Source: Chloroflexota bacterium (GTDB lineage Bacteria; Chloroflexota; UBA11872; VXNJ01). From it: a stretch of 64,000 nt of DNA. How positions within the stretch are numbered: the first letter of the stretch is position 1; each line of letters opens with the position of its first letter. A program made the position numbers and the translations under genes. The notes under the pieces were generated by a model. It was not told where the DNA came from. It searched no databases and saw only the letters and a list, made by a program, of their open reading frames with translations. Shown in pieces: positions 10,739 through 19,765 of the stretch. The DNA lies in assembly GCA_965261345.1 (NCBI GenBank), contig OZ253449.1, forward strand, positions 160,001-224,000, in the 5' to 3' direction.

Positions 10739-10975
10739 TCACCACTGTTTGGAGGCGAGTGTCCGAGATTGAGCATCTACGATTTCCGGGTCGAGCGCGC
10801 TGGGCAATTCGGCGTACACCTCGTTTAATTTGGCGGTAACGCCGTCGCGGCGATGCTTGGCCACAAATTCAGCCAACGCGGTGGCGTACAAATTGCTGCG
10901 AGTGGTCCCGAGGCTGTCTGCCAATTCATCGGCCGAATGGAACAGATCATCGGGGAGTGAAATCGCCGTTTTCAT
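10739..10975 (-). CDS. Ribbon-helix-helix antitoxin (MazE/ChpI-like), partner of the split MazF
   Basis: MKTAISLPDDLFHSADELADSLGTTRSNLYATAL; stop overlaps the toxin start. Confidence 0.85.
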   Translation of the reverse strand: MKTAISLPDDLFHSADELADSLGTTRSNLYATALAEFVAKHRRDGVTAKLNEVYAELPSALDPEIVDAQSRTLASKQW

Positions 10976-11209
10976 GCAGGTATTAAACCCGCGTATAACC
11001 ACAACGCGATGATCGCGTCTTCAGCCAACGAGTTACCGACGCCGTACTCGCCCTCGGGAACAATGATTATGTTTAAAGACTAATTTCCGCAAGGAGCCGA
11101 TCTTCGTCCGGCCCCACCACTGGGGCCGGGGAATAGACGGAGCCCCAGCTATATCCCAGCGCTCAACGCTGGCCTTTTCGTGCTTGCGGTTTCAGGACTG
11201 TCCACTCAG

Positions 11210-12256
11210 TTAGCGTTGAAGGAGCTCCATGATCGCATCACTGATAAAGCGAGCATCAGTATCGTTGATTCCACTTCCCGCGAAATGTCCCCAGGCCGAC
11301 GGAATGACCCGCAGTTCGACTTCACTCTGAGTCATCTTCTCGACGATTGTGGCTTCGGCTGCGGGCGAGAAGAAGAGGTCGCCCTGAGCCGGCATCACCA
11401 GGGCTGCTGCTGTAACCCGTTGCAGCGCCTCGGCCAACGATTCCTGTCCAACTGCAACATCAGCGTTTTGCCATGTCCAGAGCATCGAGAGAAGATCGTT
11501 GGCGTCTCGACTCAGTGTGAACCCTTCCCAGACGGCCACTAGAAAGTCCTCAAGTGTTGGGAAGCCAACATGACGAAACATACGTTCCTCGTAAAAGTGC
11601 CTCGTTAGGCTCCACCCAGCGAAGACCCGCCCCATGGCTCGGAGGCCAACCGTTGGAGGTTCCGAGTACCGCCCGCCTCTCCAGTCCGAGTCCGCTTGAA
11701 CCGCGGCTCGTGCGCCCTCTAACGCAACAATGTTCTGGACACTCGTTCTGGCTGACCCGCAGAACGGAGCCATTCGAAGCACAACGTCTGGAAACGTCAC
11801 GGCCCATTGATAGGTCTGTGCGGCACCCATGGACCATCCCGTCACCAACTGAAGCTCACCAATCCCAAGTTCGTCGGTAACCAATCGATGCTGCAGCATC
11901 ACGTTGTCGAGGATTGTGATATTGGGAAATGACGCTGCATCGAATGGCGCGGGCGTATTGCTCGGCGAAGAAGAGCACCCATTTCCGAGAAGATGTGGAA
12001 TAATCACGAAGTAGCGGCTGGGATCTAGAACCATCCCGTCCCCCACCAGCCAGTCGATGTCCGTGTGGCGAGCCGCATATGACGCCGCGTACAGAACTAC
12101 GTTGTCCTTATCTTGACTCAACTCGCCGTACGTCGCGTACGCAAGTTGGACGTCCCTCAACACTCCGCCGTTCTGAAGCGGCAAATCACCACCCGCGTAG
12201 ACGTGGAAATCGCTAGGTTCAGACACGCTGCACCGAACCGGTTTTTTGTGTTCCAT
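11210..12256 (-). CDS. Alpha/beta hydrolase, homoserine O-acetyltransferase (MetX)-like family
   Basis: LAYATYGEL, GNGCSSSPSN, nucleophile elbow GWSMG, D-LFF and WGHFAG catalytic residues. Confidence 0.85.
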   Translation of the reverse strand: MEHKKPVRCSVSEPSDFHVYAGGDLPLQNGGVLRDVQLAYATYGELSQDKDNVVLYAASYAARHTDIDWLVGDGMVLDPSRYFVIIPHLLGNGCSSSPSNTPAPFDAASFPNITILDNVMLQHRLVTDELGIGELQLVTGWSMGAAQTYQWAVTFPDVVLRMAPFCGSARTSVQNIVALEGARAAVQADSDWRGGRYSEPPTVGLRAMGRVFAGWSLTRHFYEERMFRHVGFPTLEDFLVAVWEGFTLSRDANDLLSMLWTWQNADVAVGQESLAEALQRVTAAALVMPAQGDLFFSPAAEATIVEKMTQSEVELRVIPSAWGHFAGSGINDTDARFISDAIMELLQR

Positions 12257-12337
12257 TCAAATATCTGTGACAGATCATAAGTCGTCACCTCCGTTCATCA
12301 GTTGGGGAACGTCGCAGCTCCCTCGCCGGTCCCACAC

Positions 12338-13063
12338 CTAGGCGTTCTGAGCCGCAGCCTCTTTGAGCATCTCCTCGTACTCAGAAGACAGCAAGACATC
12401 ACCAAAGGTCAACTGAATCGACCTAAGGGCTTCCCAATGCTGTCCATATCCGAGTGGTGGATTTTCAAGTGGTGACGGCACGGCGGTCGTTGTATCTGCT
12501 AGGACAATGATTTTTATGTCACGCGACCAAGCGTCGTGTGCGGTCGACACCACACACTGGGCAGAAGTCACGCCCACCAAGACAAGGGTGTCTGCGTCAA
12601 AATGGCGGAGATACTCTTGGAGCTTCGTTCCGTAGAACGAACTCATCCTGTGTTTGACGATCCGCATGTCGCCATCCTGGGGTTCGAGTCCTTCAGCCAA
12701 CTCTGATCCCCAATTGCCCCAAGTGAGTGGTGAATTAGGAGTCCCAGGGCTGATCTCCGGCCACTTGTACTCAACGAGTCCGGCATCTCGCCCGTCTCCT
12801 TGCAGTCCAAACTTCGACCAAATAATCGGGATACCGTATTGCCTCGAAAGCTTCACGGCATCGATCACTGGACCAACGACGTCCTCCCCAGCAGGTGCTC
12901 CGCCGACGCTCGGAATGTGCTGAGGGCTGTTGGGATCGACTACCAGCTTTTGGAAGTCAACCACCATAAGTACCGTTCTATCAAGCTCCAGCTTGGGTAC
13001 GCTTCTGTGGATCCTTGGAACCACATCGTCTAGGTGTTCTATTGTGTAATTGAGGGTAGACAT
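12338..13063 (-). CDS. Isochorismatase-family cysteine hydrolase (amidohydrolase)
   Basis: D-K-C triad in VVDFQ, VKHRMSSFYGT and GVTSAQCV; SD AAGGAGG upstream. Confidence 0.88.
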   Translation of the reverse strand: MSTLNYTIEHLDDVVPRIHRSVPKLELDRTVLMVVDFQKLVVDPNSPQHIPSVGGAPAGEDVVGPVIDAVKLSRQYGIPIIWSKFGLQGDGRDAGLVEYKWPEISPGTPNSPLTWGNWGSELAEGLEPQDGDMRIVKHRMSSFYGTKLQEYLRHFDADTLVLVGVTSAQCVVSTAHDAWSRDIKIIVLADTTTAVPSPLENPPLGYGQHWEALRSIQLTFGDVLLSSEYEEMLKEAAAQNA

Positions 13064-13164
13064 TGGCGTTTCTGCCTCCTTACTACTTAAGCTACGTATA
13101 CCACATTGGTGCGTAGCGGGGGATATTACAATTCGCGATCAGATTCGCATAACTATCCATCTCT

Positions 13165-13261
13165 CTCCTTTCTAAGAACTGTCAGCGGGCTCCTTTCTAA
13201 GAACTGTCAGCGGGCTCCTTTCTAAGAACTGTCAGCGGGCTCCTTTCTAAAAGCTGTCAGC
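13165..13261. repeat. Tandem repeat, 25-bp unit CTCCTTTCTAAGAACTGTCAGCGGG x3 plus a degenerate fourth copy
   Basis: Exact copies at 13165, 13190 and 13215; partial at 13240. No spacers. Overlaps the GMC stop codon. Confidence 0.95.
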
Positions 13262-14988
13262 AAGGCAGCGCGCTCCTCAGCATATGCGGGCATAGGAGTC
13301 AATCCGCCACACAGCTTGTCCGCCGCCATAAAGGCGAGTGCCATGATGGTTACTGTTGGGTTATAACCGAAGCACGTCGGGAACTGGCCTCCGCCTATTG
13401 CGTAAAGGCCCTCACATTCGTGTACGCGGCCAAACTGATCGACAACAGACGCTGACGGATCGTCACCCATGCGATGCGTGCCGTGCTCGTGAGTTGAGAG
13501 ATGATAATCAGGATTTGAGCTATCGACCCACCAGTCCGTCATCCCCATCTCCTCGGCGATCCGAGCTTTCACACCTATCAACATTTCGGTCGCTTTGATG
13601 TCATGCTCGACCCACGAGTGGGTCATTCGAAGAGCCGGCTGGCCGAATCGGTCTTTGACCCTCGGATCAAGGTCTACATAGAACCTCTCATCCGGGAAGT
13701 TAGATACCTGAGCATAGATGCTGTGGAGTCGCCGATAGTTCTCACGCATCCACTCCTTCAACGGTGCCCCCCACCGAGGAAGATCCGGTGGAAGACCGTG
13801 GGCAGCTTTGAGCGGAGGCACATCTCCGGTGAAACTCGTAATCGCGGAGCCCCAGATGACTCCATCCTCGTTGTCGGGCACAAGCTCGCCGTTGAAGTCG
13901 TCTATGACGCTCGACGCATTGAGTGGTCCCATGAACGGATTCGTGAACTCTGGGAGCAAGCCCGTGAACCACCCGAAGTTGTGAGTCGTAAGATACTTCC
14001 CGGTCACGCCGCTCTCGTTGATGCCTGAGACCAAGAGGAGGCGAGCATTCTCGAGCGCATATGCGGCGAGGATCACATTGTCTGCTTCGCATGTCCGGAG
14101 CTCGCCAGCAGCGTCCATGTACTCTACCCCTTGAACACGACTATTCCGATGAATTACTCTCAGGACGCGCGAGAACGGGCGAATCTCAAGGTTGCCGGTG
14201 GCGACAGCTTCTGGAATAAGGTCGTACCTGTGGTTGGTCTTCGCATTCACATGACAAGGGAAGCCGTGACAAAAGCCACAGTAAACGCAGCCGGACCGTC
14301 TTCCATAGTCCTCCGATGCGATAGCCGTCGCCTGAGGGAATGGATGGAAGCCAAGTTTCTCGCACGCTTCAACGAAGTGCCTGTCAGCGGCACCCGCCGT
14401 CAACGGCGGTAGTGGGTAGTCGCGCGATCGTGGCGCCTCGAACGGGTTTCCCCCTGGCACGATCTCACCTTTGACATTTCCCGCTTTCCCCGAGAAGCCG
14501 AACTCCCACTCGACCCTGTCGTAGTAGGGCTCTAAGTCTGAATAGGAGATCGGCCAATCCACGATGCTCGTGTGTTCAGGAATTGCCTCTTTACCGAAGC
14601 GCTCGAGGATGGTGCTGCGCATCCGGAAGTCCGACTGCCGTAAGCGCCAAGCTGAACCACTCCAGTGGACGGTGCCACCTCCGGTTCCGATGGATGGCGG
14701 CAAGTGGAGTGGCTCGTGAGTAGCCAGCGGTCCTGTCGCCCACGGCAGTAAGACTGCCTCAGTCATGTCGTCGGGACGCCATGTAATCGGGTCACTCTTC
14801 ATGTCTGGTATCAGCTCATGACGCGACCAATACCTGATTTCATCCTGCTTGAACCGAAAGTCCTCCTGCGAGTAATACGGGCCCTTGTCAATCGCTATGA
14901 CGCGGGCACCACTCGAGGCTAGCTCACGGGCTAGTATCGAGCCCGATGCTCCAAGACCTACGATGATGAAATCGGCCTTGCTACTCAT
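13222..14988 (-). CDS. GMC-family FAD oxidoreductase (gluconate 2-dehydrogenase flavoprotein-like)
   Basis: IIVGLGASG Rossmann motif, GGGTVHW, CVYCGFCHGFPC cluster motif, HEHGTHRMG, NPTVTIMALA. Confidence 0.9.
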   Translation of the reverse strand: MSSKADFIIVGLGASGSILARELASSGARVIAIDKGPYYSQEDFRFKQDEIRYWSRHELIPDMKSDPITWRPDDMTEAVLLPWATGPLATHEPLHLPPSIGTGGGTVHWSGSAWRLRQSDFRMRSTILERFGKEAIPEHTSIVDWPISYSDLEPYYDRVEWEFGFSGKAGNVKGEIVPGGNPFEAPRSRDYPLPPLTAGAADRHFVEACEKLGFHPFPQATAIASEDYGRRSGCVYCGFCHGFPCHVNAKTNHRYDLIPEAVATGNLEIRPFSRVLRVIHRNSRVQGVEYMDAAGELRTCEADNVILAAYALENARLLLVSGINESGVTGKYLTTHNFGWFTGLLPEFTNPFMGPLNASSVIDDFNGELVPDNEDGVIWGSAITSFTGDVPPLKAAHGLPPDLPRWGAPLKEWMRENYRRLHSIYAQVSNFPDERFYVDLDPRVKDRFGQPALRMTHSWVEHDIKATEMLIGVKARIAEEMGMTDWWVDSSNPDYHLSTHEHGTHRMGDDPSASVVDQFGRVHECEGLYAIGGGQFPTCFGYNPTVTIMALAFMAADKLCGGLTPMPAYAEERAALLTAFRKEPADSS

Positions 14989-15548
14989 CCCGCTTCCTTC
15001 ACCGGAAATGACCGCTCGGCCTCTTCGCTAATGAGGTCGGCGAGCGTTTTTACCGGAAGTTGAGTCGAGTCGAAGTCTGGCAGTCCTTGCCATTCCGAGT
15101 ACCCCCAATATGCACCAGGGAAGCCCACGAGTTTCCACCCAACGGCATTCTTATTGCCTCCGTAAGATGGATCACAAAAGAACCCCTGTAGTACGTGCTC
15201 GCAAACAACAGCGAAGAAGTACGGCAATATCTCGTACATTGCCCCAACTGACGGTATCACATCCCCGCTATCGTCAATTTGGCTCAGGATTTCGTCTTGG
15301 GAGTCAACACTCAGTGACGTGAATAGCCCGCCTTTTTCGTCCATCGCAAATGCATCAAGGAGGCGAATGCCCTCTCGATAAAGAGGGCGAAGCTCCTGGT
15401 ATGATCCCGCTAGCGATTCGTCGATGAACACGACGGCGTCTGCCTCTTTAGCTCCCGGATCCGAGTCGTTTCCTGGAATGATTCTCGACGCAACCGCGTC
15501 GAGAGTGCGTGCTTCACTCGCGTTGAAGAATTTCATGGCACGGGTCAC
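14985..15548 (-). CDS. Gluconate 2-dehydrogenase subunit 3 family protein
   Basis: RIIP...PGAKEADAVVFID and GFFCDPSYGGNKNAVGWKLVGFPG; 4-bp overlap with the flavoprotein gene. Confidence 0.9.
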   Translation of the reverse strand: MTRAMKFFNASEARTLDAVASRIIPGNDSDPGAKEADAVVFIDESLAGSYQELRPLYREGIRLLDAFAMDEKGGLFTSLSVDSQDEILSQIDDSGDVIPSVGAMYEILPYFFAVVCEHVLQGFFCDPSYGGNKNAVGWKLVGFPGAYWGYSEWQGLPDFDSTQLPVKTLADLISEEAERSFPVKEAG

Positions 15549-15608
15549 GGTCCTATCACTCTCCTTGATCTGATGGGCGCAGCCGTTGCTACCGGCCGCG
15601 TAACCTCA

Positions 15609-16676
15609 CTACTTGACAACATCGTCCTTTCCTCGATCGAGAGTGATTGCAACGGCCAGAACAACCACTGTACCCATCACTATCTGCTGCACGTGGGGAT
15701 TCAAAGCCGCCAAGACCATGCCGTTGCTGAGGATCGCGATCACGACAACTCCAAGCGTCACGTTCAAAGGACCGCCCCGACCTCCGGACAGAGGTATTCC
15801 GCCCATGACAACGGCCGCTATTGCTGGCAGAAGCAAGGAGTCGCCCATCCGCGGGCTGGCGCTACTCGTGCGCATGGCCAGCATCAATCCGGCGAAACCA
15901 GCAAAGAGCCCGCTGATCATGAAAGCCTGGAGTTTTACTCGCTCCACTGGAACCCCGACTAGGCGCGCCGTACGCTCGTTCCCGCCGAGCGCGTAAATGT
16001 GTCTGCCCAGGCGCGTAAAGCGCAGCCAGAGAATCGAGAAGACCATTACACCGACTGCCCAGAGCCCGATGACCGACACCCCGACCACAGATCCCGCAAA
16101 CCAGTCACCTGCCCCGAGCAACGGTAGTGATATGGGTTGGCCATCAGACATGTAATTCGCAAGGCCGTTGTATGCGAACAGGCCACCCAGCGTCACTAGA
16201 AATGACGGCATCCGCCCGTAAGCGACAACCGCTCCGTTAACTGCTCCGCATAGCAATCCGACCACCGGGAGGACGAGCAGATAATCGGTGGTTCCGGCAG
16301 CGGAAGCCAGGGTCGCTCCAACGAATGCCGATAGCGTCAAGACGGATCCGACCGACAAGTCGATACCACCAATCAGGATGACAACCATCGAACCAAGCGC
16401 TATCACCATCAGTACTGCGGAGCTCCTGAAGATGGCCAGCATGTTGTCCAACGTTAGGAAGTGTTCACTTAGTAGCGAAAAACCAGCCAACAGGGCCAAC
16501 AGAACGGCAACGGGCGCAGCCTTGGACCAGTGCTTAGTCACAAATTCCAGCCCGCTTATTGGTCGCAGACCTTGTGGTTCTGTGGCTGGCGGCGTATCGC
16601 GCAGGAGCGAGCCGCGTAACTCCGACTTGGAAACGCTTCGACGAACTTGATCGCTTCTTGAGTCGAATGCGCTCAT
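15609..16676 (-). CDS. Monosaccharide ABC transporter permease (RbsC-like)
   Basis: GGIDLSVG, TRLGRHIYALGGN, IAAVVMGG..LSGGRG. Confidence 0.93.
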   Translation of the reverse strand: MSAFDSRSDQVRRSVSKSELRGSLLRDTPPATEPQGLRPISGLEFVTKHWSKAAPVAVLLALLAGFSLLSEHFLTLDNMLAIFRSSAVLMVIALGSMVVILIGGIDLSVGSVLTLSAFVGATLASAAGTTDYLLVLPVVGLLCGAVNGAVVAYGRMPSFLVTLGGLFAYNGLANYMSDGQPISLPLLGAGDWFAGSVVGVSVIGLWAVGVMVFSILWLRFTRLGRHIYALGGNERTARLVGVPVERVKLQAFMISGLFAGFAGLMLAMRTSSASPRMGDSLLLPAIAAVVMGGIPLSGGRGGPLNVTLGVVVIAILSNGMVLAALNPHVQQIVMGTVVVLAVAITLDRGKDDVVK

Positions 16677-18196
16677 ACCATGTGAGCCACTAGCTCGGCT
16701 TCACTGGGCTTTCTATCCGGCGGAGCGTCGATCCAAGCTTGAGGCTCGCCGCTCCTCAATATGAGAATGCGGTTCGAAAGGCCGATCACCTCGAGAAGGT
16801 CGTCACTGATGAGGAGAATGCCTACGCCAGACAGGGTGAGTTCCCGCATCAGCACATAGATCTCCTCCTTGGCTCCCGCGTCCACCCCGCGCGTCGGATT
16901 GTCGAGGATCAAAAGGCCGACATCGCAGGCCAACCATCTAGCGATGATGACCTTCTGTTGATTCCCACCGCTCAAGGCAAGAATCGGCTCATCGGGCGAG
17001 GGAGTCCGGATCCGGAGCTTCTCGACGAAGCGGCGACCTAACTCCCTCTCTTCTCCAAGTCGAAGAAATCGCTTCTGACGAAGATTGAGCTGCGCTAAAG
17101 ATATGTTCCAGGTCACCGAAAACGTGTCGACGATTCCGTCTACCTTGCGCTCCGGCGAAATATACCCAATTCCGAGCCTCGCTACATCGCGAATCGATCT
17201 CCCCTCGATTCTCAGTTCCCTATACGTAATCTGCCCTGAGACCGTCTTGTGGTCGCCGTAGATCGCCCGACCGAGCTCGCTCTTTCCAGATCCGAGAACA
17301 CCGGCGATACCGACGATTTCACCGTGATTGATGTCAAAGCTCACGTCACGGAAGCTCTCGCCATCACTCAATTCAACTACTGACAGCAGTTGTTCGGGCT
17401 CAGGCGTACGTTGTTGAGCCTCTCGATAGAACCTAACGTCCCTCGTTCTGCCCACCATCAAATAGTGCAGGGCTTCCTCGGAGAACTCGTGTGATCCACC
17501 TTCGCCGGCTATCTTGCCGTCCTTGAGGACAACCACCCGGTCGCTCCAGTGCAGTACCTCGCTCAAGCGATGTGAGACAAAGATGATCGCACTGCGATCC
17601 CGCAGAGAATCAATCAATTCTTTGAGGAATACGACATCGCTCGACGCCAGGGCGGCTGTAGGCTCGTCAAGGAGAATGACTGGATCGTCGCGATCGAGAA
17701 CGCGCGCCAACACGAAAGCACGAAGTATCTCAACAACCTGCCGAACAGCGAATGGATAGTCCCCCGCAAGTCGTTCAACGTCAATCCAACTATGACCCAA
17801 CGCTTCAAAATGCTCACGGGCTAGTTCTGCAGCCTTCTTTCGCTCTATCACGCCCCAGCGGGAAACAATCTGCTCGTGTCCCATGAATACGTTTTCCCAA
17901 ATCGTGAGATTGGGCAGGATCGCTAGCTCCTGAAATACGCGATATACACCATCGATCACAGCATCGAAATAAGACTCATATGACGTCAGCTTGCCACGGA
18001 CCAGGATCTTGCCGCAATCCGGCGCAGTGATTCCGGATATGACATTTAAGAGAGTGGACTTCCCGGCGCCATTCTCCCCGGCGAGCCCTAGTACCTCACC
18101 CCGCGCGAGTTGAAGAGTTACTCCATTCAGTGCGTCGACTGGGCCAAAGGATTTCGAGACATTGCGGATATCCAACGCCGTAGATCCGCCACTCAT
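16673..18196 (-). CDS. Monosaccharide ABC transporter ATP-binding protein (RbsA-like, two ABC domains)
   Basis: GENGAGKST, LLDEPT, LSGGNQQKV, PTRGVD. Confidence 0.95.
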   Translation of the reverse strand: MSGGSTALDIRNVSKSFGPVDALNGVTLQLARGEVLGLAGENGAGKSTLLNVISGITAPDCGKILVRGKLTSYESYFDAVIDGVYRVFQELAILPNLTIWENVFMGHEQIVSRWGVIERKKAAELAREHFEALGHSWIDVERLAGDYPFAVRQVVEILRAFVLARVLDRDDPVILLDEPTAALASSDVVFLKELIDSLRDRSAIIFVSHRLSEVLHWSDRVVVLKDGKIAGEGGSHEFSEEALHYLMVGRTRDVRFYREAQQRTPEPEQLLSVVELSDGESFRDVSFDINHGEIVGIAGVLGSGKSELGRAIYGDHKTVSGQITYRELRIEGRSIRDVARLGIGYISPERKVDGIVDTFSVTWNISLAQLNLRQKRFLRLGEERELGRRFVEKLRIRTPSPDEPILALSGGNQQKVIIARWLACDVGLLILDNPTRGVDAGAKEEIYVLMRELTLSGVGILLISDDLLEVIGLSNRILILRSGEPQAWIDAPPDRKPSEAELVAHMV

Positions 18197-18245
18197 TCAG
18201 ATTACCTCTCAGATCCAATGCAGTTCTCTGGATAGCGAACTGCAT

Positions 18246-19634
18246 CTAGACAATGTCTTGACCATCGCCGTAGTTCACTAAGCCACGGATCTCACTGAAT
18301 GGATCGCTCTGGAAGTGCTCCTCATACTCCCGGGCAACGGCGTCAAACTCTCCTGATTCCTTCGAGTCCACGAAATCCTGAGATACCTCATAGCCATCCG
18401 GGGCTGGGCCTTGAAGGCTGAAGAATTCGGGGTAGTCGATGGGCCTGAGAAGCGTCTGCGGATCCCAATCGTTCGGATGCAAGGCTTTTGACCATCTTTC
18501 GTAATCAAATGGATAGGAACCTGAGTCCGTGAACATGAGTTCTGTATATGCCTCGGCAGCCTCTGGCGTATCAAGTACAAACCCTCCGGCATACATCATG
18601 CGCTCAGGAGCTCGCAACTCTACTCCCGAAAGTGCATCGAACGCCTGCACTATCAACCAGGCGCCTAGCCACGGCCCCCCGCCACTCGTCGTAGTCCAGG
18701 TGGCGAATGCGCGAGCGGGGTCGTTTGCTATGAGGTCGACGAAGTCGGGGATGGCATCAATGGCTGCCACCGGAACTTCCAAGTCGCGCGAACGTAGGGC
18801 CGCAATCGCACCTACCCCCATATCGTCGTTCTGGCAGAAAACTCCGCTCACATCCGGGTTTGCTGTCAACAGGGCCTCAATGACTTCCGTGGTGCCGCCT
18901 CTGCTCCAGTTTCCTGTCTCCTTCGCCACCATCTCGATATTGGAGTAGTTTGCGAGAGCGCGGTCTACCCCCAACGAACGCTCCACCTCGACAGGATCTC
19001 CGGGAACCCCGGTGATCTGAATTAGTTTGCCCGAGCCGCCCATGCGGTCGAATAGGGCATTGCAGGTGGCTTCGGTACCCGCGACGTTGTTGGGAGTCGT
19101 GAAGGAATTAAAGTGGGGCCCGACGTCGAAAGGCGATATCCAAGGAGCCACAGCCCAGGCCATCTGGACGAACATCTCGGCATCTGTTGCGATATCAAGT
19201 AGTGTGCGGGACAGTCCCGTATCAAGGATCCGTGTAGTGATCGCATCAACGCCCGTTCGTGCTGCGTTCTCGAATGCGGTGAGCACGGCCTCGGGGTTGA
19301 AGTTGTCGACTTGCCTTTCACTAGTCATTCCGAGAAGTTGAGCAACCTCGGTCTGCGCTTCATCCCAGCCCTTGAAGTAGGCATTCTCGAGTGTGAAGAA
19401 CTGGTTCATCACCGCCCACGTAGGTGGCGTGGTTGGGGATGAAGCGGGCGACTCGATTGGCGAAGCAGTCGTATCTGCCGTTTCTTCATCGCACGCCGCA
19501 AGGATCAATCCAGATCCTGCGAGCAGGGCAAATCCACCACCGCCTATCAGGCCCCTCCGAAGGAACTTTCGCCGGGTGAGTGCGCTGGTTGCCAATATAC
19601 GATCGCCAGGGGTTGGGTGGTCAGTCTGTGCCAT
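18246..19634 (-). CDS. Sugar ABC substrate-binding lipoprotein with Tat signal
   Basis: TRRKFLRR twin-arginine motif, lipobox LAAC, VFCQNDDMGVGAIAAL type-1 periplasmic binding motif. Confidence 0.88.
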   Translation of the reverse strand: MAQTDHPTPGDRILATSALTRRKFLRRGLIGGGGFALLAGSGLILAACDEETADTTASPIESPASSPTTPPTWAVMNQFFTLENAYFKGWDEAQTEVAQLLGMTSERQVDNFNPEAVLTAFENAARTGVDAITTRILDTGLSRTLLDIATDAEMFVQMAWAVAPWISPFDVGPHFNSFTTPNNVAGTEATCNALFDRMGGSGKLIQITGVPGDPVEVERSLGVDRALANYSNIEMVAKETGNWSRGGTTEVIEALLTANPDVSGVFCQNDDMGVGAIAALRSRDLEVPVAAIDAIPDFVDLIANDPARAFATWTTTSGGGPWLGAWLIVQAFDALSGVELRAPERMMYAGGFVLDTPEAAEAYTELMFTDSGSYPFDYERWSKALHPNDWDPQTLLRPIDYPEFFSLQGPAPDGYEVSQDFVDSKESGEFDAVAREYEEHFQSDPFSEIRGLVNYGDGQDIV

Positions 19635-19765
19635 CTCAATATGCTCCTCGCATGTAGGTTGCGGCTGTTTGAATCTGTTAAAGAGAACTACGAAATACCT
19701 CGCGCCTCCACTTAAGAGCGGACTTGGTCTCCATTCACTGCATCCTGCTTCCGATGCCTGTTAGT

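Larger units (their letters stand above)
7308..10742 (-). pseudogene. PemK/MazF toxin split by IS256 type B (exons 10536-10742 and 7308-7442)
   Basis: MIERGEVWWANL...RRPLLVVQADSFN...EEVGL joins PKDSVANVSQIITIDR...LRTVLDL across TSD CAGCCCAA. Confidence 0.9.

Noticed and set aside
11108-11129. Hairpin CCGGCCCCA-CCAC-TGGGGCCGG as an intrinsic terminator of the catabolic operon
   Set aside because: Position is plausible but there is no U-tract on either strand, so it was not called.
13165-13261. 25-bp repeats as a CRISPR array
   Set aside because: Units are directly adjacent with no spacers, and there are no cas genes in the window.
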